A DNA stretch of 64,000 nucleotides, taken from assembly GCA_028534125.1 (NCBI GenBank), contig CM052825.1, forward strand, positions 868,001-932,000, read 5' to 3'. Of this stretch, positions 60,401 through 64,000 are shown in pieces. Below the pieces are notes generated by a model. That model had not been told where the DNA came from, did not search any database, and saw only the letters and a list, made by a program, of their open reading frames with translations. This DNA comes from Lama glama. Lineage: Eukaryota. The position numbers were made by a program, and so were the translations under genes. Each line of letters starts with the position of its first letter. Position 1 is the stretch's first letter.

Positions 60401-63400
60401 AAGCAGCCCGAGTGTCAACCAGCTGCGCGGGTGGACAAAACTCGGGGCGTCCACACGGCGGCACGTTACTCGGCCACAAGGGGGATTGAAGCAGATACAA
60501 ACTGCAACCTGTGTGGACCCTGAACACACGACACTCAGTGAAGAAAGCCGGTCAAACCTCACAGCTCTAATTGCACACAACTTCCAAAAAGGTCAGATCC
60601 ACGGGGACTGAGCTGACGAGCGGCGTCACGGCTGTGTGTGGGGGCGGGGAGGCAGGCGGAGAGGAACGGCCAGCAGGGCGGGTCTCTTTAGGGGGACGAT
60701 GTCCTAAACTTGGACTGATGACGGCTGCATAACCCGTGAAAGAACCAAACACACTGAGTCACGAGCTCTGAACGGGTGGAATGTGTGAGAACTGTATCCA
60801 TAAGGTGGTTGTGGAAACAGCATAAGCTCACTGTTGTCTAGGAAACACCATGCGCGTGTTCACACACACAGAAAAACGGAGCTGAGTGACGGAGACACCG
60901 AAAAGGAGAGAATTCGGGGCACCAGGCCTTGGGTCGTCCACCGAGCAGTCTGGCCTCGCAGGTGTCCGCGACAGCCTCCAGGAGCCGGGGTGTGGGGAGC
61001 CAGGAGGGCGCCAGCCGAGTGGGCAGAGGCCGGGAAGAGGGCGCCCCGTGCCCTGGGCCGGGGGGCTCCTTACCCCGGGGGCAGCTGGATGTTCTCCGGG
61101 TGGTGGTAGGTGCACAGGTTCAGGACGGCATCGATCAGCTGGATCCGCTCCACCTTCAGCACTTCCACATCTGAAACCCAAGAGCCACACGCAGGTTCCT
61201 TCAGTGGACGTCGACACCCAGGACTCGGGACATGGGACACGGAGAGCAAGGAGACCAACACAAGCAGATGGAACGCAGAAGACATGCAAGGAGGTTAAGA
61301 CGCCGCTGAGCCAGCCAGGGGACACAGAGGCTACTCCCACCCTGTGGTGCTGGCTGGGTGGAAAGCAGGCAGGACTGTGGGGCAGAGCGGCCCGGCCGGC
61401 ACTGGGAAGGGCGGGGACATGGGGACACGTGGTCTAGACCAGAAGCGCTGGGGCCAAGGCAGGGAGACAGCGATCTCAGGTCAGGGTAGGCCCCAGCCGC
61501 CACACGAGGACTCAGGTCTGGGCCCGTCGGCCGCTCTAGACAGGGGACTGCTCTCCGCAAGGTCACTGAGGCAGCAGACAACCCCATGCTGAAGATCAAG
61601 CACAAGCCCCCGGTGAACCCCAAAACTGTGTGAGGCCGCTACCCAGGTCACCCGCACTGCCCGACGCCTAGAGATGTCAGGTCTGCAGGGAGGGTGGTAT
61701 GAGGGGCAGCGGAAACCTGGCTATGCAGAGGCAGGTGTGGCTGCTGCAGGGGTGGGCAGAAGGGCCTGGCGGTGGGAGGCTGTTTCCTGTGGGCAGCAGG
61801 CCCATGCCCGAGACCCTCACCATCCGCCTGCACGGCTGCAGCCCGCTTCACCAGGTGGTCAGCCAGCTCCATGGCGTCAGCAGGGCCGAGCGGGAGCTCC
61901 CGCGACAGCCCGATGACCAGGATGCGCATCAGCGTGTCCTCCAGGATGGGCACCTCCGAGCACAGGCGGAGGAAAAAGCTGGGGGCAGAGCGGGCACAGG
62001 CTGGGCCCTTGGGTACCCTCTCCACACCCGTAGGCACTCCCCCACAGAGGAAATGCCTCAGCTCCACTTCTGTCAATGCCAGGAGGTGGCCGCCCACCCC
62101 CCCATGGTCACCTATCCCCGGCACCTGTGTGGACTGGGCTCCACCATCCCAGGAAGAACGTGAGATGGTGCCTGGCCCTCAGGGGCTCACAGGCCAGCCT
62201 CATCCACCAAACTGGGACACAGGTTGGGGTGAGATGACCCAGCTGGGTGGGCAGCAGGGCCCAAAGAGGAGACAGACAAGAGCCACATCTGTCAGAGGCA
62301 CAGGGCAGGGGAGCCCTGGCTCAGGAGACAAAGCCACGACAGCACTCAGGGAGGGAGGACAGCTGCTTGGAAGTGAGGAGGGAGCGGGGCGCTGGGGACT
62401 CCCGGCGGTGGAGGTGGGGAGTCCCTGGGAGAGTGGAGGTGACTCTGCAGTGACCCCTTGCCTGCTTGGGGTTTGCGGGGTGGGACAGGAACGGGACCAC
62501 CAAGACCAGATGCGGGCCCTGGGCGGGCTAACCCTCCCCCCCAACACCGGGCAGCGGGGACGCACTTGCGGTCACTCTCAGGCGGCCAGTTGTCCCATTT
62601 GTAGTACGTCTCCGGCTGCTCTGTGAAGAGCACCTTGTGGAGGCTGCGGGGCAGGGAGGGCTGTCAGGGCTGGTACCCAGGCTCCCCCGCCCATTAGCTC
62701 CCAGACAGACGTGCGTCTCCCACGGGCTGGGAGGCTGCGTGTGTGAGGCTGGCTGCCTCCTGAGCTTGAGCCCCGCAGCACCTCTGGGGAGCCTGCAGCC
62801 CTCGCAACAAGGCTGGAGGCTGGCGGGTGACAGAGGCCCCCCACTCCCAGCCAGACAGGACTCTGCCTCCCCTCCACCAGAAGGCCCTGCCTGGGGCTCT
62901 GACGCACAGGAGGGACACTGCCGCCCACTGGCACCTCCGGCACTGGAGGGGCTGGTGTCAGGCAGTGAACAGGGTGGCTTGTCCCCTGTGAGGTGAGCCC
63001 TGTCGCTCGTCACCATCAGCCCAGGGAAGCAGCTGCCTGTCCTGCCCAGAGTCCCCAAGCAGAACAAAGCCGGGCCGCACCAGTGCACATAGTCCTTGGG
63101 GGCGAGTTTGCTGATGGAGGGGACGACGGTGTGGAGCCACCAGACGGCGTCCCGCTGGATTGCAGCGATCTGGTTCTGGAAGGAGCGCAGCACCTCGAGG
63201 TCTGAGAGGGACGGGAGGGTCATGGCGTGCCCACACGGCAGCTGGAGGGTCTAGTTCGACGCCAGGAGCAGGGAGGGCAGCCTCGGGGCACAAGCAACCT
63301 GCCCATCTGCAGGTCAGGGGCGCAGGCCGAGGCGGCGCGGGCCAGCTCTGCTGGGACGATGCTCAGCGAGCCCCAGTCACCCTCACAGTTGAGGACCACG

Positions 63401-63856
63401 TGTGAGGCCGACACCTGATTTCAGATGCTGCCACTCCAGCCATTGCTCGGCCACACCCTCATCAGGATCAGTAACGACCCAGAACAGGCTGACTTCAACC
63501 CACTTCCCTTCTCCCCCCGCCCCCTGGGCCAGAGAGCCACGAGCCCGAAAGGCCGACGCAGTGGCGCCAGGACTCCAGTGAACAAGTGACCTGGGCAGAG
63601 GACGGCGGTGGCCCAGGCGGGAGAACAGGGTACAGCGGCGTCTCTAGGGCTGTGCTGTGGGAGTGCCCTCCTGCCCCTGCCGGGCCTCGGGGACACCACC
63701 GCCCCCAGCCCCAACCCCAGTGGAGTCCAGCCTGTCTGGATGCTCACTCTTCTTCTCTCCCTTGTCCCAGGCGACGCCGGCCTCCTTCACCTGGGCCGTG
63801 ATGCCCAGCATCATGGACACAGCCAGCACGTCCGTGATGTGTATCACAAACCGCTC
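42329..63856 (-). CDS. INTS1: Integrator complex subunit 1, 3' partial (37 coding exons, about exons 12-48, 1652 aa); gene continues beyond the window end
   Basis: Recognisable INTS1 peptides (ERFVIHITDVLAVSMMLGITAQVKEAG; WEEYPTLKMLMEMVMT; LLPDWLKLRMIRSEV; C-terminus ISEALRVLHMEAVM*); exon phases consistent throughout. Exon numbers assume the 48-exon human structure counted from the 3' end. Confidence 0.97.
42618..42727 (-). CDS. INTS1: INTS1 exon ~47
   Basis: IAADFLPTFMYCLGSRDFEVAQTALRNLPEYTLLCQ. Confidence 0.93.
42833..42924 (-). CDS. INTS1: INTS1 exon ~46
   Basis: TSLQRLMGSAEESCRSLAFSLALRSIQNNP. Confidence 0.93.
43314..43384 (-). CDS. INTS1: INTS1 exon ~45
   Basis: LLEALSDVDEMSRRRPEILGFFS. 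Confidence 0.93.
44107..44220 (-). CDS. INTS1: INTS1 exon ~44
   Basis: EGSAGSLPLVSVSLFTPLTAAEMAPYMKRLSRGQTVE. Confidence 0.93.
45001..45113 (-). CDS. INTS1: INTS1 exon ~43
   Basis: DLSFDSSDLVMLKSLLAGLSPPSRDGRADRGLDEEGE. Confidence 0.92.
45397..45524 (-). CDS. INTS1: INTS1 exon ~42
   Basis: NYRKSSRHLAPFINKFVQFTHKYITCNAPAAIAFLQKHSDVL. Confidence 0.93.
46121..46313 (-). CDS. INTS1: INTS1 exon ~41
   Basis: HLPMIAALLHGRTHLNFQEFRQQNHLSFFLHVLGVLELLQPHVF...SFVRLLL. Confidence 0.93.
46660..46793 (-). CDS. INTS1: INTS1 exon ~40
   Basis: LDGLIHRFITLLADTGDSRASENRVADANMACRKLAVAHPLLLL. Confidence 0.93.
47683..47806 (-). CDS. INTS1: INTS1 exon ~39
   Basis: VLGRCCQDLLVQLYLQRPELRVPVPEVLLHSEGAAGSSICK. Confidence 0.92.
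47993..48219 (-). CDS. INTS1: INTS1 exon ~38
   Basis: RRREELALRVRAPELVGLVELVLAEAE...GCIQQWGD. Confidence 0.92.
48313..48400 (-). CDS. INTS1: INTS1 exon ~37 (GC donor)
   Basis: FDPSASLDFLWACIHVPRVWQGRDQRTPQ; donor CAG/gcaggt required to keep frame. Confidence 0.88.
48741..48871 (-). CDS. INTS1: INTS1 exon ~36
   Basis: GKGHPGPQVPSFRPYLLALLTHQSSWSTLHQCIHVLLGKARDQ. Confidence 0.92.
49611..49734 (-). CDS. INTS1: INTS1 exon ~35
   Basis: LEALRLGPCSGLLVDWLEMLDPEVISSCPDLQQRLLFSRGK. Confidence 0.92.
49823..49988 (-). CDS. INTS1: INTS1 exon ~34
   Basis: LQGLIEVRSPHLEELLAALFS...VVSSLLLQEEEPPGKQDSGSC. Confidence 0.92.
50138..50278 (-). CDS. INTS1: INTS1 exon ~33
   Basis: RSGFLHLAEALTFRGDPEVVSSTVRAVVATLRSGEECEVEPELVSK. 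Confidence 0.92.
50530..50689 (-). CDS. INTS1: INTS1 exon ~32
   Basis: RCVPQDTGFSSLFLKVLMQTLQWLDSP...RRRISD. Confidence 0.92.
51226..51480 (-). CDS. INTS1: INTS1 exon ~31
   Basis: IFPLSPGPRW...LLSSPHAGALVMSMHRHHFLACPLMRLLCQYQ. Confidence 0.92.
51975..52099 (-). CDS. INTS1: INTS1 exon ~30
   Basis: SAEAPKPKGSPEQPPGQGRTRAVTQVRVLGPEDDLASILLQ. Confidence 0.92.
52370..52468 (-). CDS. INTS1: INTS1 exon ~29
   Basis: YMAHLVEVQHERGASGGQTFHSLLTAALPARR. Confidence 0.92.
52697..52843 (-). CDS. INTS1: INTS1 exon ~28
   Basis: LQDLEPQQLLLFVQSFGIPVSSMSKLLQYLDQAVAHDPQTLEQNIMDK. Confidence 0.93.
53425..53586 (-). CDS. INTS1: INTS1 exon ~27
   Basis: GDGEFRALLDIWFPEKKPLPTAFLVDTSEEALLLPDWLKLRMIRSEVPRLVDA. Confidence 0.92.
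54601..54712 (-). CDS. INTS1: INTS1 exon ~26
   Basis: SESQDQVFLRWTSGETATMHILVVHAMVILLTLGPPR. Confidence 0.93.
54786..54953 (-). CDS. INTS1: INTS1 exon ~25
   Basis: DVARLVVERSTVMSHLFSK...RMRKSKEGEEVYSW. Confidence 0.93.
55761..55865 (-). CDS. INTS1: INTS1 exon ~24
   Basis: AIHMETDPQTISAYLVYLSQHTPVEEQGQHSDLAL. Confidence 0.93.
55934..56113 (-). CDS. INTS1: INTS1 exon ~23
   Basis: GLSLVLSEGSLRDGEEKE...YQWLLRDLPRLPLFDSVRTTTALALQQ. Confidence 0.93.
56403..56552 (-). CDS. INTS1: INTS1 exon ~22
   Basis: RQQKQRQLLGRLQDLLLGPKADEQTTCEVLDYFLRRLGSSQVASRVLAMK. Confidence 0.93.
56635..56814 (-). CDS. INTS1: INTS1 exon ~21
   Basis: ASSQSMPWLADLVQSSEGSLDVLPVQCLCEFLLHD...KAKKRQ. Confidence 0.93.
57148..57277 (-). 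CDS. INTS1: INTS1 exon ~20 (GC donor)
   Basis: GPPRRPPPHILDQVKGLNQSLRLGHLLCRSRNPDFLLNIIQRQ; donor CAG/gcgagt. Confidence 0.9.
57564..57761 (-). CDS. INTS1: INTS1 exon ~19
   Basis: NYSYPPCTLTDEETRTEMVNRELQ...LLSQLTSLDP. Confidence 0.93.
58510..58570 (-). CDS. INTS1: INTS1 exon ~18
   Basis: LAAWEEYPTLKMLMEMVMT. Confidence 0.93.
58773..58864 (-). CDS. INTS1: INTS1 exon ~17
   Basis: YQPPNLAISTLYWKAWPLLLVVAAFNPENI. Confidence 0.93.
59320..60815 (+). mobile_element. Ancient LINE-1 (L1M/L1MB-like) ORF2 3' part and 3' UTR, antisense in an INTS1 intron
   Basis: cccagaagagccaaa..aaagtggaggactcgcact; gaaaacacaggag; gcaatggtttcttagacatgacac; 3' end gatgacggctgcataacccgtgaa..cactga. Confidence 0.8.
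61074..61170 (-). CDS. INTS1: INTS1 exon ~16
   Basis: VEVLKVERIQLIDAVLNLCTYHHPENIQLPP. Confidence 0.93.
61821..61978 (-). CDS. INTS1: INTS1 exon ~15
   Basis: FFLRLCSEVPILEDTLMRILVIGLSRELPLGPADAMELADHLVKRAAAVQAD. Confidence 0.93.
62566..62643 (-). CDS. INTS1: INTS1 exon ~14
   Basis: LHKVLFTEQPETYYKWDNWPPESDR. Confidence 0.93.
63081..63201 (-). CDS. INTS1: INTS1 exon ~13
   Basis: LEVLRSFQNQIAAIQRDAVWWLHTVVPSISKLAPKDYVH. Confidence 0.93.
63748..63856 (-). CDS. INTS1: INTS1 exon ~12
   Basis: ERFVIHITDVLAVSMMLGITAQVKEAGVAWDKGEKK. Confidence 0.93.
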
Positions 63857-64000
63857 CTGCAGGTGCAGCATGGCCCAGCTCAGTGGGGTTCACGTCCCGA
63901 AGTGCCCAGAACCATGAGACCCGGATCAGACCCCCAGAACACAAGCAGCTGGGACGGGAGAACACTAGGCAGGAGGTGTTAGGACCAAGAACCACTGGCA

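Noticed and set aside
42329-63856. Pseudogenisation or U12-type introns in INTS1 or MICALL2
   Set aside because: Frames stay open once the two GC donors are allowed, and I saw no GTATCCT/ATATCCT donors at exon boundaries.

Overview
GC-rich mammalian genomic DNA (non-primate and non-rodent judging by the absence of Alu/B1 elements; species not determinable) with two assembly gaps. Two spliced protein-coding genes lie in tandem on the minus strand, matching the human 7p22.3 order. The first is the 3' ~75% of INTS1 (Integrator subunit 1): 37 coding exons at 42329-63856, 1652 aa in the window, with the 5' part beyond the right edge. The second is the complete MICALL2 gene (JRAB; CH, LIM and bMERB domains): 17 coding exons at 11233-32986, 896 aa, with a CpG-island promoter. 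I placed every exon boundary by hand and checked phase continuity. Most six-frame ORFs are GC-rich noise. Non-coding DNA contains ancient MLT1 LTRs, L2, MIR, MER3 and an old L1. Most unusual observations: (1) a minisatellite of 18 copies of the MICALL2 exon-15 splice donor, where use of any distal copy exposes an immediate stop codon; (2) an AT-rich cluster of homeodomain-type sites between the genes; (3) two GC-AG introns in INTS1; (4) a candidate poison or terminal exon in MICALL2 intron 1; (5) co-oriented CTCF-like motifs just downstream of each gene. I found no convincing novel protein-coding gene.
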